Source of the DNA: an uncultured Actinomycetes bacterium
GTDB taxonomy: Bacteria > Actinomycetota > Thermoleophilia > RBG-16-64-13
Assembly: GCA_963841735.1 (NCBI GenBank)
Contig: CAWJDT010000001.1
Span: 1,632,001 to 1,696,000 of the forward strand
Reading direction: 5' to 3'
Length of the DNA stretch: 64,000 bases
The notes under the pieces are model-generated. The model was not told the DNA's origin and made no database searches. It worked only from the letters and a program-made list of their open reading frames with translations. This document shows, piece by piece, positions 29,942 to 41,096 of this stretch. Every line of letters begins with the position of its first letter. Position 1 is the first letter of the stretch. The position numbers and the translations under genes were made by a program.

Positions 29942-30438
29942 CGGCTCTAAGCGGACGCGCCTGGACCTTCGGCCGCGATGTCGATACCGATCTCATCATC
30001 CCGGCTCGCTATCTGAACATGAAGACGGCCGAGGAGTTGGCCGCACACGTCATGGAAGACGCCGACCCCACCTTCGCGGGCAAGGTGAAGCCCGGCGACA
30101 TCGTAGTGGCCAAGGAGAACTTCGGCTGCGGCTCGTCGCGCGAGCATGCTCCCATCGCGCTGAAGGGCGCCGGGGTGTCGCTGGTGATCGCCAAGAGCTT
30201 CGCGCGCATCTTCTACCGCAACGCCTTCAACACCGGCCTGCCCATCTTGGTGGCGCCGGAGGCCGTGGACGGCATCAAAGAAGGCGACGAGCTGACGGTC
30301 GATCTCGCCACGGGCGAGATCGCCGACGTCACCACGGGCGTCAACTACCAGGCCCAACCACTCCCGCCCTTTATGCAAGAACTGGTGGCCGCGGGTGGAC
30401 TGTTGCCCTATCTGAAGACCCGCGCCGCGGCGAGCTGA
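29938..30438 (+). CDS. leuD: 3-isopropylmalate dehydratase small subunit
   Basis: DVDTDLIIPARY, NFGCGSSREHA, FARIFYRN; ATGA overlap with leuC. Confidence 0.96.
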   Translation: MTALSGRAWTFGRDVDTDLIIPARYLNMKTAEELAAHVMEDADPTFAGKVKPGDIVVAKENFGCGSSREHAPIALKGAGVSLVIAKSFARIFYRNAFNTGLPILVAPEAVDGIKEGDELTVDLATGEIADVTTGVNYQAQPLPPFMQELVAAGGLLPYLKTRAAAS

Positions 30439-30469
30439 CGCCGCCGCGCCAACTGGCGAAAGGATCCGC

Positions 30470-31552
30470 ATGAACTACAAGATAGCCGTCATCCCCGGTG
30501 ATGGCACCGGCCCCGAAGTGGTGGCCGAGGGCCTCAAGGTTCTCAAAGCCGTGGCTACCGTGGCCGGCTTCGGCTACGAACTCACTCACTACGACTTCGG
30601 CGGCGAGCGGTACCTGCGCACCGGCGAGACCCTGCCCGACTCGGCCATCGAGGAGTTCAAGCAGCACGACGCCATTCTCTTGGGTGCCATCGGCCATCCG
30701 GATGTGGCCCCGGGAGTGTTGGAGCAGGGGGTGCTGCTCAAGGCCCGGTTCGCCCTCGACCAGTACATCAACCTGCGCCCGGTGCGTCTGATCCCGGGCG
30801 TCGAGACCCCCATCAAGAACAAGGGTCCCAAAGAGATCGACTACTGCGTGATCCGCGAGAACACCGGTGGCATGTACACGGGCATGGGTGGCAACTCCCG
30901 GCCGGGCACCAAGGACGAGGTGGCCATCCAGGAGATGGTCTACACCTACGACCAAGTGGCCCGCTGCCTACGCTACGCCTTTGCGTATGCCCGCAAGAAC
31001 GGCAAGAAGGCCCGTGGCGTGGGGCCGGACAACACCCTGGCTATGATCGGCAAGTCGAACGTGCTCACCCACATGTACAAACTCTGGAACCGCGTCTTCG
31101 CCGAGATAGGCGAGGAGGAGTACCCGGATATCAAGCGGGAGTACTACCACGTGGATGCTACCTGCCTCTATATGGTGGTCAGCCCCGAGATGTTCGACGT
31201 GATGGTGGTTGAGAACATGTTCGGCGACATCATCACCGACCTGGGCGCTATCACCCAGGGCGGTCTGGGCATCGCCGCCGGCGGCAACATCAACCCCGAG
31301 GGCGTCAGCATGTTCGAGCCCATCGGGGGCACGGCTCCCATGTGGACCGGCAAGAACGCCATCAACCCGTTGGCGGCTATCGGCGCCGTGCAGATGATGT
31401 TGGAGCACCTGGGCGAGACCACGGCGGCCGCTCTTGTGGAGAAGGGCATCGCCTATGCGGTGACTCAGACGAAATCCATGGTGGCTAACGAGATGGGCAT
31501 GGGTACCGACGCTGTGGGTGACCTGGTGGCGGGGGCGGTAGCCAACGGCTGA
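30470..31552 (+). CDS. leuB: 3-isopropylmalate dehydrogenase
   Basis: IPGDGTGPEV, NLRP, RENT, NMFGDIITD, FEP, NPLA. Confidence 0.93.
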   Translation: MNYKIAVIPGDGTGPEVVAEGLKVLKAVATVAGFGYELTHYDFGGERYLRTGETLPDSAIEEFKQHDAILLGAIGHPDVAPGVLEQGVLLKARFALDQYINLRPVRLIPGVETPIKNKGPKEIDYCVIRENTGGMYTGMGGNSRPGTKDEVAIQEMVYTYDQVARCLRYAFAYARKNGKKARGVGPDNTLAMIGKSNVLTHMYKLWNRVFAEIGEEEYPDIKREYYHVDATCLYMVVSPEMFDVMVVENMFGDIITDLGAITQGGLGIAAGGNINPEGVSMFEPIGGTAPMWTGKNAINPLAAIGAVQMMLEHLGETTAAALVEKGIAYAVTQTKSMVANEMGMGTDAVGDLVAGAVANG

Positions 31553-31656
31553 GGGGCAGACCGGCCCGTCGCGCGAGACGCGCGGGGCACTCGAGTGGCC
31601 GGGTGCCGACGGCGCTGACGCCGGACGCGCGCGCGGGGGCCTCGGCGAGCGCAGGC

Positions 31657-33324
31657 CTAGGCGATCTTGGAGACGAGCAGCACGGCCACGTCGTCCGGGA
31701 AGGGATCGTCGCCGGCGCGCTCCGATTCGGCCATTATCTCCTCGACCACCTGGGTTCTGATCGGGCCGGGGGCGGCTGCGTCCAGCCGCTCTACCAGGCG
31801 GTCGAGTGGGTAGCCTTCGCCCGAGTGTCTCTGTGCCGCCCCCTCGTACAGGCCGTCCGTGCACAAGAGTAGGCTCCAGGCGTCAGGCAGAGGGAATACC
31901 TCGGCATGCCAGTCTCGGTTGTGCTGGCAGCCCAGTGGAAGAACGGGCTTGGCCGGCAACAGCCGCGCCCCCTGCGCGATGAGGATAGGAGGGGGATGCC
32001 CGGCATCGGCCAAGGTGAGCGACCCGGCCAGGCAGTCGACCATCCCTATCAGCAGCGTGCAGTAGATCTCGGGGCCGCTTCTCTCGCTCAGGAGCACTTT
32101 GTTCAGTGACTCCATTGTCTCCTCCAGGGGGATGCCGGCGGTGGCGAGGGCCCTCCATCCGGCGCGGAGAGCGGCGCCCAACGCGGCCGCATCCGGTCCG
32201 TGCCCGGTGACGTCGCCGATGGCAAAGCCGAGCCTCTTGTCGGGAAGCACCATGTAGTCCACAAAATCGCCACCCACCCCCAACCTGCTTTCACCACTGC
32301 GGTAGGCGATGTGGACTTCCATCCAGGGATGCAGCTCGTGTGACCGGGAGAGCAGACTCTTCTCTAGATGTTTGTGCAGCGATTCGGCCTCGGAGTGTTC
32401 GAGCGCTACCGCGGCCTGGTCCGCGAAGCGACGGGCCAGAGCAAGACCTACGGGGTCCATGGAGCTTTTCGCCTCGTCCCAGCCGAGGACCAACAGGTAG
32501 GCGGAAGTGGGCGTGAGGTGGATGGGGATGCGGAGCAGCGAGCGCAGGCCGAGGTGGCGCCCAAGCTCCAGCTGGTCTTCCGGCCAGTCTTCGGTGAGAA
32601 GATCGCCGGTGAAGCCGGGGGCTCCCGACATCATCACCTGTTGCAGCCCAGGGAGGTTCATGAGATCGGTGGTCCATCCCGGTCTGAGCTGTGGGTCGGG
32701 GGGCTCACGGTGCATCAAGGTGACGTTTCCCCAGTCACATCGGTAGAGCGAAGCCGAGCGGGCGGCAAAAGTCTCGCGGGCCGCTGCGCAGACGGCCTTG
32801 ACCATCTCCTCCCTTGTCTCGAAGCGCTGGAAGATCGGGCCCAGTGCAAGGATGTGCTCGATGGCTTTGTTTGTCCGCTCGGAGTCGGCCAGGGCCTTCG
32901 AAAGCAGAAGCTCTCGGGCGGTCGCCCGCCGGCGGACGGCTTTGCCCGCCATACCAGCGACAACGGCCGCCAGAGTCCATAGAGCGATGGCGGCGATTAT
33001 CGCGATAGGGTCGACCGGATCTCCCCGTCTGGCGACTAAGGCCATAAATGCGGCGCCGCCGGTCAGAGCCACCCCAGCTCCGGCCCAGGGACCAGTGACC
33101 GCGGCCGCCACAACGGCGAAAAGGGCGGCGGCTGCACCAGGAATCCCCAAATAGCGGTGCGGATGCTCTAGGAGGCGAACCCCGTAGAAGAGGATGACCT
33201 CGGCGACAATACCCCCCAGCAGAACCGCCCACGCTCGACGGGGGATGAGGAACAGCCTAGTCACCAGCCCCGCTGACGAGCCCTCATCTGCCGCGGGCCG
33301 TTTCTCCTCAGACGAAGGGCTCAT
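31657..33324 (-). CDS. Membrane-bound GAF-PP2C (SpoIIE/RsbU-type) phosphatase
   Basis: N-terminal TMs, GAF-like region, VGGDF, IGDVTGHG, AGHPPP, TDGL, DDVA. Confidence 0.9.
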   Translation of the reverse strand: MSPSSEEKRPAADEGSSAGLVTRLFLIPRRAWAVLLGGIVAEVILFYGVRLLEHPHRYLGIPGAAAALFAVVAAAVTGPWAGAGVALTGGAAFMALVARRGDPVDPIAIIAAIALWTLAAVVAGMAGKAVRRRATARELLLSKALADSERTNKAIEHILALGPIFQRFETREEMVKAVCAAARETFAARSASLYRCDWGNVTLMHREPPDPQLRPGWTTDLMNLPGLQQVMMSGAPGFTGDLLTEDWPEDQLELGRHLGLRSLLRIPIHLTPTSAYLLVLGWDEAKSSMDPVGLALARRFADQAAVALEHSEAESLHKHLEKSLLSRSHELHPWMEVHIAYRSGESRLGVGGDFVDYMVLPDKRLGFAIGDVTGHGPDAAALGAALRAGWRALATAGIPLEETMESLNKVLLSERSGPEIYCTLLIGMVDCLAGSLTLADAGHPPPILIAQGARLLPAKPVLPLGCQHNRDWHAEVFPLPDAWSLLLCTDGLYEGAAQRHSGEGYPLDRLVERLDAAAPGPIRTQVVEEIMAESERAGDDPFPDDVAVLLVSKIA

Positions 33325-33733
33325 GGGGGGCCTGAGCCGGGTCGGCGGCCGCAAGCGCCGCCGCCGCGGCGGCGGCGCTAGGGAACACGCGGAAACTGGG
33401 TTGATCTAGCAGGCCCGTGGCTTCCAGCAGCCGAGTGATCCCCTGATTCGCGCCGACCACGGCCAGCCACCCCGGATCGGAGAATCTGCTCATCAGGCTG
33501 AACATGATCGAGAGGCCGCCGCTGTCGATGAACAAGAGCTCGCTGAGGTCTAGGATCAGCGCCGTTGGGTGGGACGTCAACTCCCGATCGATCACGGAGC
33601 GCAGCTGCTCCGCGGAGTCATGGCCCAGTTCACCTTTGACATAGATCAGGGGGACTCCAAGCCGGTAGGAAACTTGAGAATCGAGCACGGGCTCTGTGCT
33701 CCTGACGCGGGGAGATCTGTTGGAGTGGGTCAT
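33308..33733 (-). CDS. STAS domain anti-anti-sigma factor
   Basis: VKGEL, LDLSELLFIDSGGL, LEATGL. Confidence 0.88.
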   Translation of the reverse strand: MTHSNRSPRVRSTEPVLDSQVSYRLGVPLIYVKGELGHDSAEQLRSVIDRELTSHPTALILDLSELLFIDSGGLSIMFSLMSRFSDPGWLAVVGANQGITRLLEATGLLDQPSFRVFPSAAAAAAALAAADPAQAPHEPFV

Positions 33734-33890
33734 GTGCCTTCCTCCTTCTGCATCTAGGCAGGGCGATAGTACCCGTGCGTCGCATGTTTTACTCCACTTA
33801 TGTCAAGTATCGACGGGTGCGAACGCGGTGCGTATGCGTGCGCGAACAGGTATGCTGAATGGTGTCGGCCGCGTGCAGAAAGGGGGAACA

Positions 33891-34334
33891 GTGGGAGTCA
33901 TCGTTGTAGGTGTGGATGGGTCGCAGGGTGCTGCTTATGCTCTCGATTTCGCCATCAAGGAAGCCGCCATACGCGGAGCCAAGCTGAGGCTGATAAGCGC
34001 TTGGGAGATCCCACCCTCGGTGCTGGCCAGTGTGGTCGCCAGCAAGGAGTTCTACGAGGAGTTCCTGGAGAACGCCGTCAGCGTGGTCAGAGAGGCCGCT
34101 GCGCGGGTGGCCGAGCTCGAGCCCGCGTTAGAGCACGAGGAGATCGTAGTCGAGGGTCAGGCCGCCAAGGCTCTCCTCGCCAACGCCGAGGGCGCCGAAC
34201 TCCTTGTGGTCGGCAGGCGGGGGCACGGATCCTTCAGAGAGATGCTCTTGGGATCCATCAGCCGGCAGGTGGTCGTGCACGCCAAGTGCCCGCTCGTCAT
34301 CGTGCCTTTCCCGACGCAAGAGCAAGCAGACTAG
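33891..34334 (+). CDS. Universal stress protein
   Basis: IVVGVDGS, LLVVGRRGHG, LLGSIS, CPLVIV. Confidence 0.93.
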   Translation: MGVIVVGVDGSQGAAYALDFAIKEAAIRGAKLRLISAWEIPPSVLASVVASKEFYEEFLENAVSVVREAAARVAELEPALEHEEIVVEGQAAKALLANAEGAELLVVGRRGHGSFREMLLGSISRQVVVHAKCPLVIVPFPTQEQAD

Positions 34335-34349
34335 ATAACGGAGCGTGTG

Positions 34350-35159
34350 ATGTTCTACCCAGTCGAGTTGGAACTGAACGATAAACCCCGTCTGCAGCAG
34401 GGGCTGCTGGTCCTCAACCCGGCGGAGTCGAAGCGGCTCATCGCGAAAGCGGTAGCCGCATTGCCTGAAGTGCAGTGGGCCTATGCCAACGCCCGCTTGG
34501 CGGTCACCAATGGAACCACCGACGCCTATGTGCTGGAAGAACTGACCGGAGAGAGCTTGCCTCCCTACCGCTTTTCCATAGGCATGGTGGCAGACGGCGT
34601 CTTGACCATGAGCGCCGCGGAGGACAGGGTGGGCTCCAAGTTCTTTGTCAAGGGTGAACTCGTGAAGATGGAGTCGCGCGACTTCATGAAGGAATTGCAG
34701 AAGGGCGACGTGGTCATCAAGGGCGGCAACGCCGTGGACGAGCAGGGCAATGCCGGCGTGTTGGTGGGCAACGAGACGGGCGGGACCATCGGTGCCGTGT
34801 TCGGCATAGCCTGCGTGCGAGGCATCCCCATTATCATGCCCATCGGTTTGGAGAAGCTCATCCCGTCGGTGCCCGCGGCGGCCGCCGGCTGGGGACAGCT
34901 GACGCTCACCTACGCCATGGGGCTCCCCTGTTGGCTCACTCCGGTGAGCACCGGGCTGGTTGTAACCGAGATCCAGGCCCTTGGCTTGCTGGCCGGGGTC
35001 AGGGCCCGGCTGGTGGCGGCGGGCGGCGTGGGAGGCAGTGAGGGCGCGATCGTGTTGCTGGTCGAAGGCTACGAGGACCATTTGGGCCAAGCCATCGATT
35101 TGGTGAAGAACCTGAAAGGGGAACCCCGCGCGGAGGTCCCCCGCCACCATCTGAGCTGA
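34350..35159 (+). CDS. Conserved hypothetical protein (possibly CoA-transferase/RpiA-like fold)
   Basis: Clean ORF with host-like codon usage; ESKRLIAK, GTT, KGGNA.D, GGTIG, PIGLEK, GGVGGSEG motifs. Confidence 0.75.
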   Translation: MFYPVELELNDKPRLQQGLLVLNPAESKRLIAKAVAALPEVQWAYANARLAVTNGTTDAYVLEELTGESLPPYRFSIGMVADGVLTMSAAEDRVGSKFFVKGELVKMESRDFMKELQKGDVVIKGGNAVDEQGNAGVLVGNETGGTIGAVFGIACVRGIPIIMPIGLEKLIPSVPAAAAGWGQLTLTYAMGLPCWLTPVSTGLVVTEIQALGLLAGVRARLVAAGGVGGSEGAIVLLVEGYEDHLGQAIDLVKNLKGEPRAEVPRHHLS

Positions 35160-35188
35160 CGGATCTGCCGTCCTTCTCACACAGCCAT

Positions 35189-35216
35189 TCAAGGACATGC
35201 TGCTTTTGTCCGATTA
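35189..35216 (+). promoter_or_regulatory. Sigma-28-like promoter upstream of the hybrid kinase
   Basis: TCAAG-N15-TCCGATTA. Confidence 0.45.
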
Positions 35217-35291
35217 GCTTCTCCGCAACGTGTTCAGACAAAGCCGGGGCCTGCGCGGAGAAGCGGGACCCGGGGAAGGTAGGAAGCGGCA

Positions 35292-38200
35292 ATGGCGGAC
35301 CATCAGGAAGAACAACTGCTCGAAGCAGTGAGCAGGGTGCTTCTGGACAATACGCTCCAGGGCATAGTTGTGTTCTCGCCGGACGGGCCCTGCCTGTGGG
35401 CGAACGGGTTGGCGGCGAGTATGTCCGGGATCCCGGCGGCAGAGTTGCAGAAGCAGACCCTGTCGGGCGCCCTCTGGGGCGAGGGGTTGGGGGAGGACGC
35501 CCACGAGGCTATGGCCACCGGCAAGCCGGTGCGCAGAGAGGTCAAGCTCTCTCGTTCAGAGCATACGGGGTCGACCAAACGCGTTGTCATGGGAGCGGAG
35601 CTTCTGGGCCAAACGAGTGTCGTGATGCTGATCGAAGACCGCACGGTCGAGCGCCAGCAGATGGATGAAGCGATGCGGTTCACCCAGTACTCTGTGGACC
35701 ACGCCGGGGCGAACATCTTCTGGCTCGATGATGCCGGCAGAGTGGTCTACGCGAGCCAGGCCACTTGTGAACGCCTCGGCTACACGCGCGAAGAGATACT
35801 CAGCCTGACCATCCATGACCTCGATCCCGCGGCGCCCAAGCCGTGGGCCGAGCACTGGGCGACGGTCAGAGAGCGGGGGAGCCGCACCTTTGAGGCCGTT
35901 CACCGAGCGAAAGACGGTACGGCCGTACCCGTGGAGGTAGACACCAACTTCGTCGTCTACGGGGGCAAGGAGTATCACTTCTCGTTCGCCCGCGACATCA
36001 GCGAGCGCAAGAACATGGAGGAGTCGTTGCGTCTTGCGAAGTTCTCCTTGGACCGGGCCGGAGGTATGGTCTTCTGGTTTGATTCCACGGGGCGCTTCAT
36101 AGATGTGAGCGACGCCACCTGCGAGACGTTGGGCTATTCGCGCGAAGAGATGCTGGGTATGACCATCAACGACCTAGACCCCACTCTGCGCAAGGATTGG
36201 GACACGGACTGGGAAGCGCTGAAGACAGCGGGATCGCAGGTGCACGAGGGTATGCATCGGCGGAAAGACGGCAAGCTCATCCCGGTGGAGGTCAGCTCCA
36301 GCTTCGTCGGAGTACGAGGGCAAGGAATACGACTTCTGTTTTGCGCGCGACATCACCGAGCGCAAACGCATGGAGAAGAAGGTGCGGCTGACCCAGTTCT
36401 CGGTGGACCACTCCGGGAGCCAGATCTTCTGGGTCGGTCCGGACGGCATCCTGACCTATGCCAACGAGACGACGTGCCAGCAACTGGGCTACACCCGCGA
36501 TGAGATGCTCTGCATGAGCATCTACGACATCGATCCCAATGCCCCGAAGCCTTGGGGCGAACACTGGGAGGAGATCAAGCAGCAGGGGAGCGGACCTTCG
36601 AGACGACCCACCGGACGAAAGAGGGCAAGATCATCCCGGTGGAAGTGCAGGCGCCAGCATCGTCTAGTCCACGAGGGCAAGGAGTACAACTTCGTCTCGG
36701 CCACGGACATCACCCAGCGCAAGCGCATGGAGAAGAAGTTCCGGCTGACTCAGTATTCGGTGGACCATGCTTCGGGCCAGGTCTTCTGGGTCGGGCCCGA
36801 CGGCATTCTGACCTACGCCAGCGAATCCACCTGCAAGGCGCTTGGATACACCCGCGACGAGATGCTCTGCATGAGCATCTACGACATCGATCCGCAGGCC
36901 CCCCGGCCTTGGGCCGATCACTGGAAGGAGCTCAAGGACCAGGGGGCGATGCACCTTTGAGACGAACCACTTCACCAAGGACGGAGTCTCGATCCCTGTC
37001 GAGGTCAACGCCAGCTTCGTGGAGTACGAAGGCCACGAGTACAACTTCGTCTTTGCCCGCGACATCAGCAATCGCAAGAGGCTGGAGCAATCGCTGCGTT
37101 TGACCCAGATGTCGGTGAACCGGGCCGCGGAGCAGATCTTCTGGACCACACCGGACGGGCGGTTCGTTTTCGTCAACGACTCCACCTGCTCTCAGTTGGG
37201 CTACTCGCGCGAGGAGATGCTGGGCGGCATGACCGTCTACGACGTCGATCCCACGCTGCCCAGGGACTGGACCGGAGCCTGGGACGAGCTCAAGCTGCGA
37301 GGGCGCGGTCACACACCAGACCGTTCACAGGACCAAAGACGGCAGGGACGTGCCGATGGAGGTCAGCTCCAACTACGTGGAGTACGACGGCCAGGAGTAC
37401 AACTTCGTCTTTGCCCGCGATATCACCGAGCCGCCAGGCCATGGAGGAGTCGCTGCGGCTGACTCAGATCTCGGTGGACCGGGCCAGCGACCAGATCTTC
37501 TGGATCAGGCCCGACGGCAGATTCGTCTTTGTCAGCGATTCCACCTGCCGGCAGCTGGGCTACACGCGCGAGGAACTCCTGGAGATGAGCATCTACGATA
37601 TCGATCCCATGGCGCCCGTGCCTTTCACGAAGGGCTGGGAGTGCTCTCAAAGAGTCGGGGTCGAGGGTGCACGAAGGGGTGCATCGGGCCAAGGACGGGC
37701 GGCAGGTGCCCGTTGAGATCGCGGCCAACTACGTCGAATACAATGGCCACGAGTTCGCCTTCGTCTTCGCGCGGGACATCGCCGATCGCAAGAAGGCCGA
37801 GGCCGGAGATGCGCATGGCCAAGGACAAGGCCGAGGCTGCCAACCGGGAGCTGGAACACTCCATCAAGCGGACCAACCAGCTGGCGGTGGAAGCGCAGGC
37901 GGCCAGCGAAGCCAAGAGTGCTTTCTTGGCCAACATGAGTCACGAGATCCGCACGCCTATGAACGGCGTTATCGGGATGGTCGATCTGCTGATGGATACC
38001 GAGCTCAACGTCGAGCAGCGTGACTACGCCGAGACCATCCAGTCAAGCGCCGAGGCGCTGCTTACCGTCATCGGTGACATCCTTGACTTCTCCAAGGTCG
38101 AGGCCAAGAAGATGGAGTTCGAGAACATCGACTTCGATCTGCGATTGACTCTCGAGGACATGATGGCTTTGCTTGCCATCAAGTCACACGAGAAGGGCAT

Positions 38201-39896
38201 CGAGCTGGCCGTGCTGGTCGAGCCCGACGTGCCCTCGTCGTTGCGGGGCGACCCCGGTCGTTTGCGCCAGGTGTTGACCAACTTGGTGGGCAACGCCATC
38301 AAGTTCACCGACGATGGTGAAGTAGACGTTCACGTGGTGTTGGAATCGGAGGACGCCAACGGAGCGGTGATGAGGTTCGTGTGCCGCGACACAGGGGTGG
38401 GTATTCCCGGCCCGGTGCTCGAGCAGCTCTTCAACCCGTTCGCCCAGGCCGACGCTTCGACCACCCGACGGCACGGCGGGACGGGGCTGGGTCTTTCTAT
38501 TGCGAAGGGTCTTGTCGAGGCCATGGGTGGCACGCTTGGCGCCGAGAGTACAGTGGGAGTGGGTTCCAGGTTCTGGTTCACGCTGCCGCTGCGCAAAGGC
38601 GTGCACGTGCCCAACGAACTCGACCGGCTCGAGCTGGGCAACGTGGCCGGCGTGCGGGTGCTCGGAGTGGACGACAGCGAAACCAACCGCAAGGTCATGG
38701 CGGGCATGCTCGACTCTTGGGGATGTCGTCACACTGAGGTCCCCAGCGCAAAGGCGGCGCTGGTGGCGCTCCGGGCGGCGGTGGCCGAGGGCGACCCGTA
38801 CAAGGTGGCCGTTCTCGACATGTGCATGCCCGAGATGGACGGCGAGGAACTGGCCCAAGAGATCAAAGCCGATCCGGAGCTGGCGGTGACCGGCCTGGTA
38901 ATGATGACGTCGGTGGGAGCACGTGGCGACGCGGCCCGCATGGAGAAGGTCGGGTTTGCGGCCTATCTGGTGAAGCCCGTGCGACAGTCGCACTTCTATG
39001 ACTGTCTGGCGGCGGTGGTCGGTCCTGGCAACAAACCGGCGGGGAGGGGCGAGGGAGCAGCGCCATCGGGCCGGATCATCACCCGGCACAGTTTGGCCGA
39101 GCGGGCCCGCAGGCGGGCACGCATACTTCTTGCCGAGGACAACCCTGTCAACCAGAAGGTGGCCCTCAAGGCCTTGGAGAAACTCGGCTACCAGGCCGAC
39201 GTGGCCCATGACGGCGCCCAAGCTCTGCAGGCTACCCGCGACAAGCGCTATGACCTGGTACTCATGGACGTGCAGATGCCCGTCATGGACGGCATGGAAG
39301 CCACCAGGCACATCAGGGACCCCCAATCGGGCACGCTCAATCCGGCTGTGATCATCGTGGCGTTGACCGCGCACGCTATGACAGGCGACAAGGAGCGATG
39401 CCTCAACATGGGCATGGATGATTACCTCGCCAAACCCATCAAGGCGGCTGAGTTGCAGGAAATGATCGGCAAGTGGTTGGCTGCCGGCACGATGGGTATG
39501 GAGTCGGAGCCCATGCCAGAGGTACTGGCGGTGTCTGAAACCCCCGCGCCGCCGGTCTTCGACGAGAAGGTGTTGCTCAATCTGCTTGAGGGCGACCGGG
39601 AATCGGCCATGGAGATAGTCAGCCAGTTCCAGGAGGACGTGGTCGGCCAGGTAGTCCGCCTGCGGGAGGCGATAGAAGCCGGTGACGCGATCGTCATCAA
39701 AGAACGGGCGCACACTCTCAAAGGCTCAGCAGCTAGTGTGGGCGCGGAAGCTCTGCGGTTCTGCGCGGCCGATCTGGAGAAGCTGGGAACAGGCGGCAGT
39801 CCGGAGGAGCCCGAGAAGGCAGGGGCTCTCGCCGAGCTCGATCACCAGATGAACCTCCTTCTTGCCCTAGCGGAAGAGAAGGGTGGCTTGATGTGA
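35292..39896 (+). CDS. Hybrid sensor histidine kinase: 7 PAS, HisKA, HATPase, 2 REC, HPt (multiple frameshifts at 36.3-37.8 kb)
   Basis: Repeated PAS units; [37 protein letters not shown]; LDMCMP and MDVQMP receivers; AHTLKG HPt. Confidence 0.92.
35670..37810 (+). repeat. Six tandem ~355-360 bp PAS-PAC coding repeats
   Basis: Each unit: LTQ.SVD...IFW..PDG...TC..LGY.R.E...YD.DP...KDG..PVEV....EY.F.FARDI. Confidence 0.9.
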
Positions 39897-40858
39897 GAGC
39901 TCTAGTCGCAGACGACGACGCCGCGTCACGCCTTCTCTTGCAGAAGGTTCTGACCAAGTGGGGCTACGATGTGGTCACGGCCTCGAGCGGTGAGGAGGCA
40001 TGGAAGATTCTCACGAGCGACGATCCACCTGACCTTGCCGTGCTCGACTGGATGATGCCGGAACTGGACGGAGTAGAGGTCTGCCGACGCATGCGGGCGC
40101 TCGAACTGTCCAGCCCGCCGTACCTGCTTCTCTTGACCTCTCGCGGTGAAAAGCATGACATCGCAACCGGACTGGAATCGGGAGCTTCTGACTACGTGCA
40201 GAAGCCCTTCGACCACGATGAGCTGCGGGCTCGCCTGTTGGTAGGCAGAAGGTTCGCTGAGCTGAACCGCATGCTCCTCGAGACCCAGAGTGAACTGCGG
40301 AGACAAGCGCTGACCGATCCGCTCACGCACATCATGAATCGGAGGGCCATACTGGCTCGCTTGACAGAGGAAATGGCCCGCGCTCCGCGGCAGGGTCTGC
40401 CCCTGAGCATAGGTGTGCTGGACATCGACAACTTCAAGTCGGTGAACGACAGGTTCGGCCACGCCGGAGGAGACGCCATCCTGCAGTCCGTGGTCGCCAG
40501 GAGCCTCAAGGCCCTGCGCCCTTATGATGCCATCGGGCGCATAGGGGGAGAGGAATTTCTCATCGTCATGCCCGGGGTCGGCCCGCGCGATACTGAGATC
40601 GTCTTAGAGAGGCTGAGGCGGGCCGTCGGCGCCACCCCCATGCCGGCCCAAGGCCACGAGATTACCGTCACCGTTAGCATCGGCGGATCGGTGTGCCGGG
40701 GCGAAGGTATCGATGAGTTGCTCACTAACGCCGACGACGCCCTGTATCGGGCGAAAGACCAAGGGCGCGACAGGGTGGTGATGTCTCGCAAGGTGGAGGA
40801 GATCGAGGCAGAGATGGCGGGGACGAGTTGCGCCGCCGGGCTGGCCACTATTCCCTAG
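39893..40858 (+). CDS. Response regulator diguanylate cyclase (REC-GGDEF)
   Basis: LVADDD, LDWMMP, QKPF; DIDNFK, GHAGGD, RPYD (RxxD I-site), GGEEF. Confidence 0.94.
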   Translation: MRALVADDDAASRLLLQKVLTKWGYDVVTASSGEEAWKILTSDDPPDLAVLDWMMPELDGVEVCRRMRALELSSPPYLLLLTSRGEKHDIATGLESGASDYVQKPFDHDELRARLLVGRRFAELNRMLLETQSELRRQALTDPLTHIMNRRAILARLTEEMARAPRQGLPLSIGVLDIDNFKSVNDRFGHAGGDAILQSVVARSLKALRPYDAIGRIGGEEFLIVMPGVGPRDTEIVLERLRRAVGATPMPAQGHEITVTVSIGGSVCRGEGIDELLTNADDALYRAKDQGRDRVVMSRKVEEIEAEMAGTSCAAGLATIP

Positions 40859-40940
40859 AGGGCGGTCGCAGGAGGCGGGACTGCGGCCCCTTTCGGCTCC
40901 GGCGGTCCGGTCTCATGTTCCCAGCTGGATAGACCACGGC

Positions 40941-40973
40941 GGAGCGCCGGCCCTCGGGCCGGCGCTCCTTTCT
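40941..40973 (+). terminator. Rho-independent terminator
   Basis: ggagcgccggcc-ctcg-ggccggcgctcc perfect 12-bp stem followed by tttct. Confidence 0.85.
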
Positions 40974-41037
40974 GTACCCCGGATGCGGCCGTCTCCTCAC
41001 CGCCGGGCACCTAAGGGCGCCTGGTGGACTGGGCAAG

Positions 41038-41070
41038 TTAGGCGGCATGTACTAAAATAGGCTCACCTAA
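41038..41070. promoter_or_regulatory. DtxR/IdeR-type iron box
   Basis: ctaaaataggctcacctaa (41052-41070) matches 14/19 of TTAGGTTAGGCTAACCTAA; additional ttagg at 41038. Confidence 0.65.
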
Positions 41071-41096
41071 TAAACGGCAGAAATGCGGGCACCAGG

